DNA of 64,000 nucleotides, from NCBI GenBank assembly GCA_943788175.1, contig CALSPG010000005.1, forward strand, positions 384,001 to 448,000. Reading direction: 5' to 3'. Both the position numbers and the translations under genes were made by a program. Every line of letters begins with the position of its first letter. The stretch's first letter is position 1. The notes below the pieces were generated by a model that saw only the letters and a program-made list of their open reading frames with translations, did not search any database and was not told where the DNA came from. This DNA is from an uncultured bacterium (GTDB lineage: Bacteria; Fidelibacterota; Marinisomatia; Marinisomatales; UBA1611). This document shows, piece by piece, positions 9,000 through 19,030 of the stretch.

Positions 9000-9554
9000 A
9001 TGAGTGAGCCTAAAAATAATATTGCACCTAGGGCAGCCGTAGGCGCTGTGAGTAAGGGTCGTAAGACAACAATGGAAAGGCGTAGCTTTTTTAGCTGGCT
9101 TGCTGTTGGCTGGATAGGTTTTGCGGGAGTTACTGGAGGGTTTTTTACAATTATTCTTCGCTATCTCTATCCAAATGTGCTTTTTGAGCCGCCTCAATCT
9201 TTTAAAATAGGATTTGCAGATAAGTTTGCTCCAAACTCCGTAGACATAAGTTATAAAAAAGAGTTTAACGCTTGGATTGTTAGAGATGATGAATCAATCT
9301 TTGCGCTCTCTACAGTATGTACTCATCTAGGTTGCACGCCAAATTGGTTGGCTACTGATAATAAATTTAAATGCCCCTGTCATGGAAGTGGCTTTAGAAT
9401 GACTGGAATACATTTTGAAGGTCCAGCTCCACGTCCTCTTGAGAGGTTTAAAATAGGGGTTGCTGATGATGGTCAAATTCTTGTTGATAAAACTAAAAGT
9501 TATAAATGGGAAAAAGGTGAATGGGAGAATAAAGATTCTTTCTTAAAGGTTTAG
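9000..9554 (+). CDS. qcrA: Rieske [2Fe-2S] subunit of a Rieske/cytochrome b complex
   Basis: Tat motif ERRSFF plus TM helix; CTHLGC and CPCHGS boxes; GPAPRPL. Confidence 0.95.
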   Translation: MSEPKNNIAPRAAVGAVSKGRKTTMERRSFFSWLAVGWIGFAGVTGGFFTIILRYLYPNVLFEPPQSFKIGFADKFAPNSVDISYKKEFNAWIVRDDESIFALSTVCTHLGCTPNWLATDNKFKCPCHGSGFRMTGIHFEGPAPRPLERFKIGVADDGQILVDKTKSYKWEKGEWENKDSFLKV

Positions 9555-9556
9555 AA

Positions 9557-10348
9557 ATGAGCGATAAAAACGACAAATCATTATTAGAAAAAATGGAAGA
9601 GTCCCAGGTTTGGAAGTCCATCATAAGATCTGGTATTCCTCGAACAAGAAGGCAACGTATGCACGCAATTCTTGGCAGCGTTTTCCTTCACTTGCATCCT
9701 GCCCGCTTGCCCAAGCATGCTGTTAAAGTTGGGTATACCTGGTGCATGGGTGGATTATCTTTCTTCCTTTTTGTTAATCTAACAATTACCGGCATATTGC
9801 TTATGTTTTATTATCGGCCCACAGTAGAATATGCATTCACTGATATAATTGATTTATCCGAGCAAGTTCCATTAGGTATAATGAGAGAACTGCACCGCTG
9901 GGCAGCTCATTCAATGGTTTTAATTGTGTGGCTTCACATGGTAAGAGTATTTATGACTGGTTCTTACAAGCCTCCTAGAGAATTTAATTGGGGTATTGGT
10001 GTTATTTTAATGGTACTAACGATGTTACTCTCATTTACAGGCTATTTACTTCCATGGGATCAATTAGCAATTTGGGCTGTAACTGTTGGTTCAAATATGG
10101 CGAGAGCAACCCCTTTTCTTGGTAATGAAGGTCCTGGTGCTGCTCTTCTAGCAATCGGTGATATTAATTTAATTCATGTAGGTTCAGATGTGAGGTTCGC
10201 ACTGCTGGGTGGCCGTTTTGTTGGAGAAGCAACTCTCTTGAGATTCTATGTTCTTCATTGTATAGCAATCCCCTTCGTTGCGATGATTTTTATGGCTGTT
10301 CATTTTTGGAGGATTAGAAAAGATGGAGGTATCTCTGGTCCTTTGTAA
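9557..10348 (+). CDS. qcrB: Cytochrome b6-type N-terminal subunit (split cytochrome b)
   Basis: WCMGG (heme ci Cys position), RELHRW..LHMVR, TGYLLPWDQ, H-x14-H in helix D, ends GISGPL. Confidence 0.93.
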   Translation: MSDKNDKSLLEKMEESQVWKSIIRSGIPRTRRQRMHAILGSVFLHLHPARLPKHAVKVGYTWCMGGLSFFLFVNLTITGILLMFYYRPTVEYAFTDIIDLSEQVPLGIMRELHRWAAHSMVLIVWLHMVRVFMTGSYKPPREFNWGIGVILMVLTMLLSFTGYLLPWDQLAIWAVTVGSNMARATPFLGNEGPGAALLAIGDINLIHVGSDVRFALLGGRFVGEATLLRFYVLHCIAIPFVAMIFMAVHFWRIRKDGGISGPL

Positions 10349-10372
10349 AAGGTTTTTGAGTTTTTAGATACA

Positions 10373-11494
10373 ATGAACATAACCGCATTAAAATCATTAA
10401 TTGATGCCCTTTCTGCACCGACAATTAGTTTTACAATATTAACCGTAATATTTCCTTTTATTTTTCCGCCATCAGACTGGTTTGAAAAAATTCATAGAAA
10501 GTCAGGGTTGTGGAGAATCTGGACAAAGTTAGGTGGCGTTATAGGAATGATTCTAATCACTGCATTTTTTGTGATTGGTTATTTTGATCCATATTTTAAT
10601 AAGACTTTAACGAAAGCCGATAACTTCCCAATAGTTTTAATGATTTATTCAATGTGGTTTTACATATGGTTAGGTATGTTTAAAGCTTACAGGAATGATA
10701 TTAGGTTAGATCAAGGCCTCAAGCCGAATGAATATAATGACCCTGATGACAAAGTGTTGGTTTGGCCTGACTTAGTTTATATCGAGTTTATTGCTTTAAT
10801 ATTATTTCAAGTTTTTTTGATCGTCTGGTCTATAATAGTAGCTGCTCCAATTGAAGAACCTGCTAACCCTGCTGCTACTCCGAATCCTTCAAAAGCGCCA
10901 TGGTACTTTTTAGGTTTGCAAGAAATGTTAGTTTACTATGATCCATGGATTGCAGGTGTCTTACTTCCAACATTCATTATTGTGGGATTAATGGCAATAC
11001 CTTACGTTGACATTAATAAGAAAGGTGATGGTTATTACTCTTTTAGAGAAAGAAGGGTAGGGATGTTTATTTTTATGTATGGCTGGGTTGTATTGTGGCT
11101 ATTCCTTATCATCATTGGAACTTTCTTCAGAGGTCCAAATTGGAACTTCTTTGGGCCATTTGAATATTGGGATATCCATAAAGTAGAAGCGCTAACTAAT
11201 GTGAATCTATCTGAACTATTGTGGGTGAAATGGTTTAATCAGGGACTCCCATCGAATATTCTTATCAGAGAAGGTCTGGGTTTTGTAATTACTGGGTTGT
11301 ACTTATTTATTTTACCTGTTGTATTAGCAAAGACGTATTTAAAAGATATGTACGCAGCTTATGGCCCTACCAGGTTTGTAACTATAATGATGCTGGGGCT
11401 CGTTATGCTTGCGCTACCAATTAAAATGTATCTGCGTTGGGTTTTTAATCTCCAATATATAATCGCCATACCAGAATGGTTTTTTAATATTTAA
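10373..11494 (+). CDS. Subunit IV-like (cytochrome b C-terminal) membrane subunit with extra helices
   Basis: VWPDLV...APIEEPANP.ATPNPSKAPWYFLGLQEML...PYVD; follows cytochrome b6. Confidence 0.85.
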   Translation: MNITALKSLIDALSAPTISFTILTVIFPFIFPPSDWFEKIHRKSGLWRIWTKLGGVIGMILITAFFVIGYFDPYFNKTLTKADNFPIVLMIYSMWFYIWLGMFKAYRNDIRLDQGLKPNEYNDPDDKVLVWPDLVYIEFIALILFQVFLIVWSIIVAAPIEEPANPAATPNPSKAPWYFLGLQEMLVYYDPWIAGVLLPTFIIVGLMAIPYVDINKKGDGYYSFRERRVGMFIFMYGWVVLWLFLIIIGTFFRGPNWNFFGPFEYWDIHKVEALTNVNLSELLWVKWFNQGLPSNILIREGLGFVITGLYLFILPVVLAKTYLKDMYAAYGPTRFVTIMMLGLVMLALPIKMYLRWVFNLQYIIAIPEWFFNI

Positions 11495-11509
11495 TGTTGA
11501 GTATAGAAA

Positions 11510-14491
11510 ATGTTTAAGAACGACGAACGATATTGGGACATTAATTTATTAAATAAATGGTTTGCCATCTCATCCCTAGTTTTCCTTGCTGTAATTGTTT
11601 GGATGTTTATCGACGATAATGACGATGAATTCAAAGAATATCAAAAGGAGTTTAGAAAACTACAAGTTGATATTACCAAAAGTAAATTAGAAGAAGAACA
11701 GTCTCTAGTTGAGGGTAAAGCCGAAGAGTTTGAAGCAGCACTAGCTGAAGCTGTAAAAATATTTGATCAAAAGTCTGAAAAAGTAAAAAATATAAATAGT
11801 GAATTAGGCGAGCTTAGAGCAGGATTCTATAATACCAATCTTACTTATTCTGCGAAAAAAGCGAAGCTAGATGTCTTAAAATTTGAATTAGAGAGTGCTA
11901 ATCTTAAAAGTGGCAATGAAGCTGATGAAATAAGACAAAACTATGAACAAAAATTAGCTTCTTTTGATGAAATCAAACTAAATAAAGAGCAATATGAGCT
12001 TGACATTGCAGCTCTAGAAACACAACTCAAAGGCCTTAAAGCTGATATTAAGTCTGCTCAAAGTGATAGAGATAAAGTGCTTAAGCAGGTTGATCTTGCG
12101 CAAAATAAACTTTCGCTGTTAGACCGGTCGGAAATGTCATTCATGAATAAGTTGGGGGACATCGTAAGAGATCTTCCTATTTTAGATTTTATGGATCCTT
12201 ATTATAAAGTAAAGCAAACGGTTGTAAAAGACGTATTATATGACGTTAACTTTACTGCCATGCCTGCTGTAGACCGCTGTACTAGTTGTCATTTAGGTAT
12301 AGCAAACCCTGATTTTAAAGACGCTGAGCAGCCTTACACAACACATCCTGACTTAGATCTATATTTGACCAGCAAATCACCGCATCCTGAAGAGTCGTTT
12401 GGTTGTACATCATGCCATTCAGGTAGAAGTAGAGGTACATCATTTATTTCATCAGCTCATACGCCAAATACTCCTCAACAGAAAAAGGAGTGGAAAGATA
12501 AGTATCATTGGAAACCCGTAAAGCATTGGTTGCAACCAATGTTACCAACTAGATACACTCAAGCTAGTTGTTTTAAGTGTCACCAAAATACAAGCGATTT
12601 AGCTGGTGCAGAAAAAATTAACTTAGGGCTTACACTGATCGATCGATCGGGTTGTAACGGTTGTCATGTTTCGGGCAACTGGGAGGCAAAGGGAAAATCG
12701 GGGCCAGATTTAAGAAAATTACATGAAAAGTCTCATCCTGAGTGGGTATCAAAATGGATTAAAAATCCGCGTAGCTTTAGATATAATACTCGTATGCCTC
12801 ATATTTTTGAGCAAGCAAATCAAGAAAAACCTAACATTGCTAAACGTAACATAACTGAAATAGCTTCAATTACTCATTATTTATTTGAAGATAAAGAAGT
12901 GAAAAAATCCATGAATCCCTCAAAGTATTTAGGGAATCCTGCTAATGGTCAAAATTTATTTTCTGCCATTGGATGTATGGGTTGTCATGTTAAAGAACAA
13001 GACCCTTCTCTTGCTCCGTCTCCTTCTACATTTAAAGAGCTTACAAAGCTTCAAGGCCCAAATCTGATTGGGATGGGTTCAAAAGTCACACCAGAATGGT
13101 TATTTAATTGGCTTAAAAAACCTCATGAATATATGCCATCTACAAGAATGCCAGACTTACGTTTGAGTGACAGTGATGCTAGAGACATTACTGCTTACCT
13201 TTATGATAATAAAAATTATGATTTTGACCAATTAGATGCTCCAGTGGCAAATGATGAGGTGCTCGATGAGCTTACTTTAGATTGGTTGATGAAAATGAAT
13301 CCTGAAAAATACGCGATTGAAAAAGCATCAAAGATGAGTAAAAATGATAAAATGTCATTTGTTGGTGAAAAAAGCATTAGACATTATGGTTGTTATGGCT
13401 GTCATAATATAGATGGTTTTATGGATGCGAAGCCCATCGGTGTTGAAATAACGCAAGAAGGTTCCAAACCTGTGGATAAATTTGATTTTGGCCTTTATCA
13501 TGATATACCCCACACTATCCATGATTGGATTGAAAACAAATTACGCACTCCTAGAATATATGATCGAGGTAAAGAGAGTGGGCCTCTAGATTTATTAAGG
13601 ATGCCTAATTTCCATTTTTCAGAAGAAGAGATTGAAGCAGTTACTATGGCAGTACTTTCTTTTAACACTGACAAAGTTGGAGAACCCTTATTAGCTCATA
13701 AAAAAGTACCTGAAAGCAATAAAGAAGGTCATCGATTAGTTAAAAAGTATAATTGCCAAGGATGTCACCTAATTGAAAATAGAGGAGGGCAACTAGTTGA
13801 GCAGATTGGCTCTCCTGAATATGGGCCTCCAAACTTGCATTCTCAAGGTAGAAAAACAAATCCTAATTGGTTGATTAAATTTTTTAATAATCCAATGACT
13901 GTCAGGCCTAATCTCCAAGTTAGGATGCCTAGCTTTCATCAAATTGATGATCAAGAATGGGATACTATCATTAAATACTTTCAGAGCATTGACGACGAAA
14001 ATACTGGTTATAGAGCACCGCATCAATATGCAGAGAGCAGTAGCTAAATTTAAAGCGGGTGAAAAAGTTCATGAGATAGGTGCTTGTAACAACTGTCACT
14101 TCTATGGCACAGAAATTTCCGACACAAGTTGCTTCGACTTGGGCTCCTAATCTTGCTCTTACAAAAGAGCGTCTTAACCCAGAATGGGTTGTTGATTGGC
14201 TTAGAAACCCTCAAGAAATTATGCCTGGGACAAAAATGCCGGCTCCTTATCTTACCTACTCCTGATGTTCTTGAAACCAGTGATGCTATAGATGTTTGGG
14301 GCAAAGACCTTGTTAAACTTAAAGGAAACCAAGAAGCTATGCTTGAAGGTCTTAGAGATTACATGTGGAATATCAAAGGCAAAGCAGATATTAGTGATGA
14401 GGTAAAAGATTACTTTGATGAAAATGGTTATGACTTTTCAGATGGAAACGATGAAGAAGATGATGAAGACTGGGGCGATGATGATTGGTAA
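11510..14491 (+). CDS. Membrane-anchored octaheme cytochrome c (~992 aa after correcting three +1 indels near 14042, 14115 and 14254)
   Basis: CTSCH, CTSCH, CFKCH, CNGCH, CMGCH, CYGCH and CQGCH in the main ORF; CNNCH and WLRNPQEIMPGTKMP in successive +1 frames, returning to the original frame; N-terminal TM and coiled coil. Confidence 0.85.
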
Positions 14492-14496
14492 AATAA

Positions 14497-15342
14497 TTAT
14501 TTCATAAATTTTACATAATTATTTAATTCTTTTCCTACCTCGCCAGCTAACCATTCATCACCTTTCCAAACTTTAAGAGTTTTCTGTCTGGTCCAATTAA
14601 TACGGATCTTAAGATTGTGTCCAATGTTGTTTTCTTCTATACCCCAGTATGAAGCTCCCACCTCAGAGGTTAGAGTATATAAATCGCTAGTGTTTTTTAC
14701 GCTAGACCATACCATCCAATTAGGATAATCCTTTATTATGTTTCCATAATATGAATCGAGTATTGTCTGGTGTGTCATAAATATAGTCAAAACTAACCAT
14801 GATAAATTTCAGCTTACTAGAATCTTTGAATTTTCGAGCTAATACACCATTTTTTATTACGACTGCTGGGCACATATTTGGAACAGGACATCTTTGTAAA
14901 AATAAATGAAATAAAAATATAATTATCTCTGAATTGATTTAAACTGGTTAAATCTCCTTTAGTATCGATAAAGTTAACTTCGCTCAATTTTGGCCAATTT
15001 CTTTTTGTTGGTATTCATCTTCATCCCAAAATTCGTCTTCTTCAAATGTTAAAGAACTCTTTCCGAGTTTCTTAAAATTTTCTGCATAACTAGTTCTTTC
15101 TGTTATAATAAAGTCAAAACTGATGCTATCATGTTTTGTTATATTTTTTAAAATAGTTTTGTTTTTAATTTTGAATGGCATGACCATTGGCATCATAAAT
15201 CCACTGATAGAATCGTGGTCTACTAAAATTGACTTTGCATTTTCATCTATATCGAGCACAACACCTGTGACTTCATATACTTTATATGCTTCTGAGCATG
15301 AGAAAAGTAATGGAATAAATAAGTATATAATTTTTTTTTCAT
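14497..15342 (-). CDS. Lipoprotein with CusF-like copper-binding domain fused to a SCO domain (multiple apparent indels)
   Basis: Pieced across frames: MKK.IIYLFIPLLFSC lipobox, VDHDSISGFMMPMVMPF, FIFTRCPVPNMCP, VSFDYIYDTP, IGHNL, W.GDEW. Confidence 0.75.
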
Positions 15343-15343
15343 T

Positions 15344-15375
15344 AAAAAAAAAGGCGAACTAATTGTTCGCCTTTT
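15344..15375 (-). terminator. Rho-independent terminator
   Basis: Minus strand AAAAGGCGAAC-AATTA-GTTCGCC followed by T9. Confidence 0.85.
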
Positions 15376-15394
15376 AGATTCTATCAGTAGATAT

Positions 15395-16102
15395 TTATTT
15401 TTTCTTAGGTCTTGAAAAAGTAAAGTCTTTTGTTACCGAACCAGATCCAACCGTAACCTTGTCTACAATAGCTTTTTTCTTAAATTTTTCTTGCCAACAG
15501 ACTACTTCGTACGTTCCTGCTGGTACATTCTTAATTTGATAATTACCGTTTTTATCTGTGACTGAGTAATATGGATGATCAGAAACTAAGACCCAAGTTT
15601 TCATCCATGGATGAACATCACATTTAATGTAGAATGGATCTTCGGACTTATCAAATTTTGCTTTCTTCTGTTTTACAACTTTTGGCATAGCGAAGTTGAA
15701 CTCTTTATTTTTTTTCGGTATTGAGTGAATGTTATGTAATGTGGCATCACTGTTTTTGATAAGTAATTCTTGGCCTGCTTGTATTCCAAAAACATGTGGA
15801 GTATAAACACATCCTTTTTGGTCTAGCTCTACAACTTCTTTAGGTATGCTACCATTGTATTTAACATTTCTAAGGTATACAATGCTTTCAGCTAGTTCTC
15901 CATTTGAATTGACCTTGAAACTTTCAGAAAATACTTTGCCTGAATGTGAAGAACCACAAACTGGATCAGCATCCATTCGAAGAGGTCTTTTTTTTGGTGG
16001 TTTCCCATCATATTTAACTTTACCAACTATATCTCCGGCATTTGCATCTATCATAAAACAAAAAAGTATGAGAAATGTTAGTATACTTTTGAATATATTC
16101 AT
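15395..16102 (-). CDS. Secreted carboxypeptidase-regulatory-like / cupredoxin-like protein
   Basis: Signal peptide; LDQKGCVYTPH, NSDATLHNIH, IKCDVHPWM, HPYYSVTDKNGNYQIKNVPAGTY. Confidence 0.8.
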   Translation of the reverse strand: MNIFKSILTFLILFCFMIDANAGDIVGKVKYDGKPPKKRPLRMDADPVCGSSHSGKVFSESFKVNSNGELAESIVYLRNVKYNGSIPKEVVELDQKGCVYTPHVFGIQAGQELLIKNSDATLHNIHSIPKKNKEFNFAMPKVVKQKKAKFDKSEDPFYIKCDVHPWMKTWVLVSDHPYYSVTDKNGNYQIKNVPAGTYEVVCWQEKFKKKAIVDKVTVGSGSVTKDFTFSRPKKK

Positions 16103-16226
16103 GTTAAGAATTCCTTTTATTGCGTTAATTATGTATATAATCTATTACAAACTAGATAATGACTTCAATACTATTAACGCTATTGCAGAACATATCAATA
16201 CTTATTGATTTTTGAGGTTTTAGATT

Positions 16227-16724
16227 ATGTATTCTTTTATGATTATATGTTATTTGCTGATGGTAATTAATTTTGTTGCTATCACTGTTTGTGGTTTAAT
16301 GGGTATCTATGACATGTCATTTTTTGGAGCCAACCATGCTCAGTTTGGGCTTCTTGCAATTTTATTATTTGTATTTACTGAAACTATTGTCATGTATTTT
16401 TTTATTGCGACAGCAAAAAGTATAAAAAATATTTTAATAGAAAGTAATAGTTCAATGTCTGAAGAGCTCTGGAGCCGAATTAAAAATATTAAAAATATTA
16501 TTTTTCCTCAAACAATGCTGACAATTACATTAATTGGATCATTGTACATCTTCTATTTTGGATATGTATCCTCGAATTCAAACAATTCTGATTTTGCATA
16601 TTCTTGGATTTCTCTACCTTTTTTTATTTTATGTTACTTTCATCATCTCTGGACCCTTAAGGTGAAAAATGATTCTTTTAAAATGCAAGTTGGCGTCATC
16701 AAGGATTTACCAAATAACTCTTAA
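16227..16724 (+). CDS. Hypothetical 4-TM membrane protein
   Basis: Four hydrophobic segments; first gene of the oxidase operon. Confidence 0.7.
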   Translation: MYSFMIICYLLMVINFVAITVCGLMGIYDMSFFGANHAQFGLLAILLFVFTETIVMYFFIATAKSIKNILIESNSSMSEELWSRIKNIKNIIFPQTMLTITLIGSLYIFYFGYVSSNSNNSDFAYSWISLPFFILCYFHHLWTLKVKNDSFKMQVGVIKDLPNNS

Positions 16725-16728
16725 AAAA

Positions 16729-16887
16729 ATGTATTACATGGCAAAATCACTTCAACTCCTTGGCATTTTTTCTATACCTATTGGAGTGGTAGTTAAATAC
16801 CCTAAATTAATGGACCCTAAACTGTTGTTGGCGGCTGTAATTATATTTGGCTCGGGAATGGCTATTGAAAAATATTTACTTAAATAA
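16729..16887 (+). CDS. Hypothetical 52-aa 2-TM protein
   Basis: MYYMAKSLQLLGIFSIPIG...; ATG 4 nt after the upstream stop. Confidence 0.6.
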   Translation: MYYMAKSLQLLGIFSIPIGVVVKYPKLMDPKLLLAAVIIFGSGMAIEKYLLK

Positions 16888-16955
16888 GTAATTATTTTAT
16901 GTGATTTTTTTGCCGTAGGGTGATAAATTTACTTCAGATAATAATTGTAATATAC

Positions 16956-17279
16956 ATGGCTAAATATAATCACTTAAAAGGTATTCCTGAGTTACCTGAC
17001 TCTCCGAACATTAAAAAGAAGAGGCCTAAATCTGTAGCTGTCGTTGATGAAGACAATTGCACGGGCTGCCAGGCATGCGTTCCGTTCTGTCCAGTAGATT
17101 GTATTGAATCAGTTCCAAAAGAAAAGTATGGTATACCTATTCCACCCGTTCAAATACGATTTGACGAGTGTATTGGTTGTGTTGTTTGTGCTAGGGTTTG
17201 TACGAAAATGACCTGGGATGCAATAAGAATGATTGATACAGATACTTTTGAAGATTTGTACGGAATGAAAATAAATTAA
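16956..17279 (+). CDS. 2x[4Fe-4S] ferredoxin-like protein
   Basis: CTGCQACVPFCP and CIGCVVCARVC; likely ATG start at 16956. Confidence 0.88.
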   Translation: MAKYNHLKGIPELPDSPNIKKKRPKSVAVVDEDNCTGCQACVPFCPVDCIESVPKEKYGIPIPPVQIRFDECIGCVVCARVCTKMTWDAIRMIDTDTFEDLYGMKIN

Positions 17280-17302
17280 ATCAAAGTTATCGGAGCAATA
17301 AA

Positions 17303-19024
17303 TTGTATTCAAATTCTAATAATCACGATCATCATGAAGAAAATTTCATTCAGAAATATATATTTTCTGTTGACCACAAAGTAATAGGTATACAGTATGG
17401 TATAACTTCTTTATTATTTTTATTGTTTGGTTTTTCACTGATGGCAATAATGCGCTGGCAGTTAGCTTATCCCGGAACAGAAATTCCTATTGTCGGTTTT
17501 ATTTTTGGCGAGGGTGGTGTTTTAGCATCTGAACAGTACAACTCTCTTGGTGCTATGCATGGTACTATTATGATTTTTCTTGGAATTGTTCCACTAGCAG
17601 TTGGAGCATTTGGTAATTATTTAGTTCCTCTTCAAATCGGTGCTATTGATATGGCCTTCCCCAAATTAAATGCTGCTAGTTACTGGACATATTTTGTTGG
17701 TGGCGTGATCATGATTTCTAGCTTTTTTATGCCTGAAGGAGCCGCAAGATCTGGTTGGACTTCTTATCCACCACTTTCTGTCTTTGAAAATGGTCAAACA
17801 ATATGGCTTATCTCAATGATTTTTCTAATAACCTCATCTTTATTGGGGTCAATGAATATTATTGTTACAATTGTTCAGTTGAGAGTACCAGGTTTAACTT
17901 GGATGCGTCTTCCTCTTTTTACCTGGGCGCAGTTTGTAACCTCTTTTCTTTTAGTTCTTGCTTTTCCACCTTTAGAGGCTGCGGCAGTATTGCAATTAAT
18001 GGATCGAGTAGCAGGTACAAGTTTCTTTCTCCCGAGTGGTTTGGTTATGTCTGGTGAAATAGTTGATGTCGCGGGCGGCGGATCTCCATTGCTCTGGCAA
18101 CATTTATTTTGGTTTTTAGCACACCCAGAGGTTTATGTTTTAATATTACCGGCACTTGGTATTGTTGGCGAAATACTTGCCAATAATACAAGAAAGCCAA
18201 TTTGGGGTTTTAAGTCTATTGTATACTCAATGGTTTTCCTCGGCTTTTGTTCTTTTATCGTTTGGGCGCATCATATGTTTTTAACAGGTATGGGACAGGC
18301 AATGAGTGCATTTTTTCAAACCACTACTATGATAATTTCAATACCTTCTGTAGTTATTCTTACTTCCTATTTTTTATCCCTATGGGGAGGGTCAATTCGA
18401 TTTAATACTCCGATGCTATTTGCTCTAGCATTTTTGCCTATGTTTGGTATAGGTGGTCTTACTGGATTACCGCTTGGACTAGCTGCTAGTGATATTTATC
18501 TTCATGACACATATTACGTAATTGGTCACTTCCACTATGTTGTTGCCCCTGGAACTATTTTTGCTTTATTTGCGGGAATATATTATTGGTTTCCAAAGAT
18601 TACTGGAAAGCGAATGAGTGAAACTTTAGGCAAACTACACTTTTGGCCATCGTTAATATTTATGAACGGAATTTTTATGCCGATGTTCATACAAGGCCTT
18701 GCTGGTGTTTCACGAAGATTAGCCGATGGTGGTGTGTCTTATGCACATGCAAGTGGAGTATTGCAATGGAATGAGTTTATGTCTATCTCTGCTTTTTGTC
18801 TAGGACTATCCCAGATTCCATTTATTGTTAATATCTTTATGTCATTATTTACTGGAGTCAAATCAGATAGAAACCCTTGGAAGTCAACTACAATTGAATG
18901 GGCTGCGCCATCTCCACCATTAGCGCATGTTAATTTTGACTCTGAAATCACTGTTCATCGAACTGCTTACGAATACAGTGTACCTGGAGCTAAAGAGGAT
19001 TTCATTCCTCAAACAGAAAGTTAG
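17303..19024 (+). CDS. ctaD: Cytochrome c oxidase subunit I, A-family
   Basis: SVDHKVIG, MHGTIMIF, WFLAHPEVY, VWAHHM, HDTYYVIGHFHYV. Confidence 0.97.
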   Translation: MYSNSNNHDHHEENFIQKYIFSVDHKVIGIQYGITSLLFLLFGFSLMAIMRWQLAYPGTEIPIVGFIFGEGGVLASEQYNSLGAMHGTIMIFLGIVPLAVGAFGNYLVPLQIGAIDMAFPKLNAASYWTYFVGGVIMISSFFMPEGAARSGWTSYPPLSVFENGQTIWLISMIFLITSSLLGSMNIIVTIVQLRVPGLTWMRLPLFTWAQFVTSFLLVLAFPPLEAAAVLQLMDRVAGTSFFLPSGLVMSGEIVDVAGGGSPLLWQHLFWFLAHPEVYVLILPALGIVGEILANNTRKPIWGFKSIVYSMVFLGFCSFIVWAHHMFLTGMGQAMSAFFQTTTMIISIPSVVILTSYFLSLWGGSIRFNTPMLFALAFLPMFGIGGLTGLPLGLAASDIYLHDTYYVIGHFHYVVAPGTIFALFAGIYYWFPKITGKRMSETLGKLHFWPSLIFMNGIFMPMFIQGLAGVSRRLADGGVSYAHASGVLQWNEFMSISAFCLGLSQIPFIVNIFMSLFTGVKSDRNPWKSTTIEWAAPSPPLAHVNFDSEITVHRTAYEYSVPGAKEDFIPQTES

Positions 19025-19030
19025 ATTAAA

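Noticed and set aside
14030-14270. Programmed frameshifting or pseudogenisation of the octaheme cytochrome
   Set aside because: Three nearby +1 indels with no clear slippery signal, in a region where the neighbouring gene is also broken; sequence error is more parsimonious
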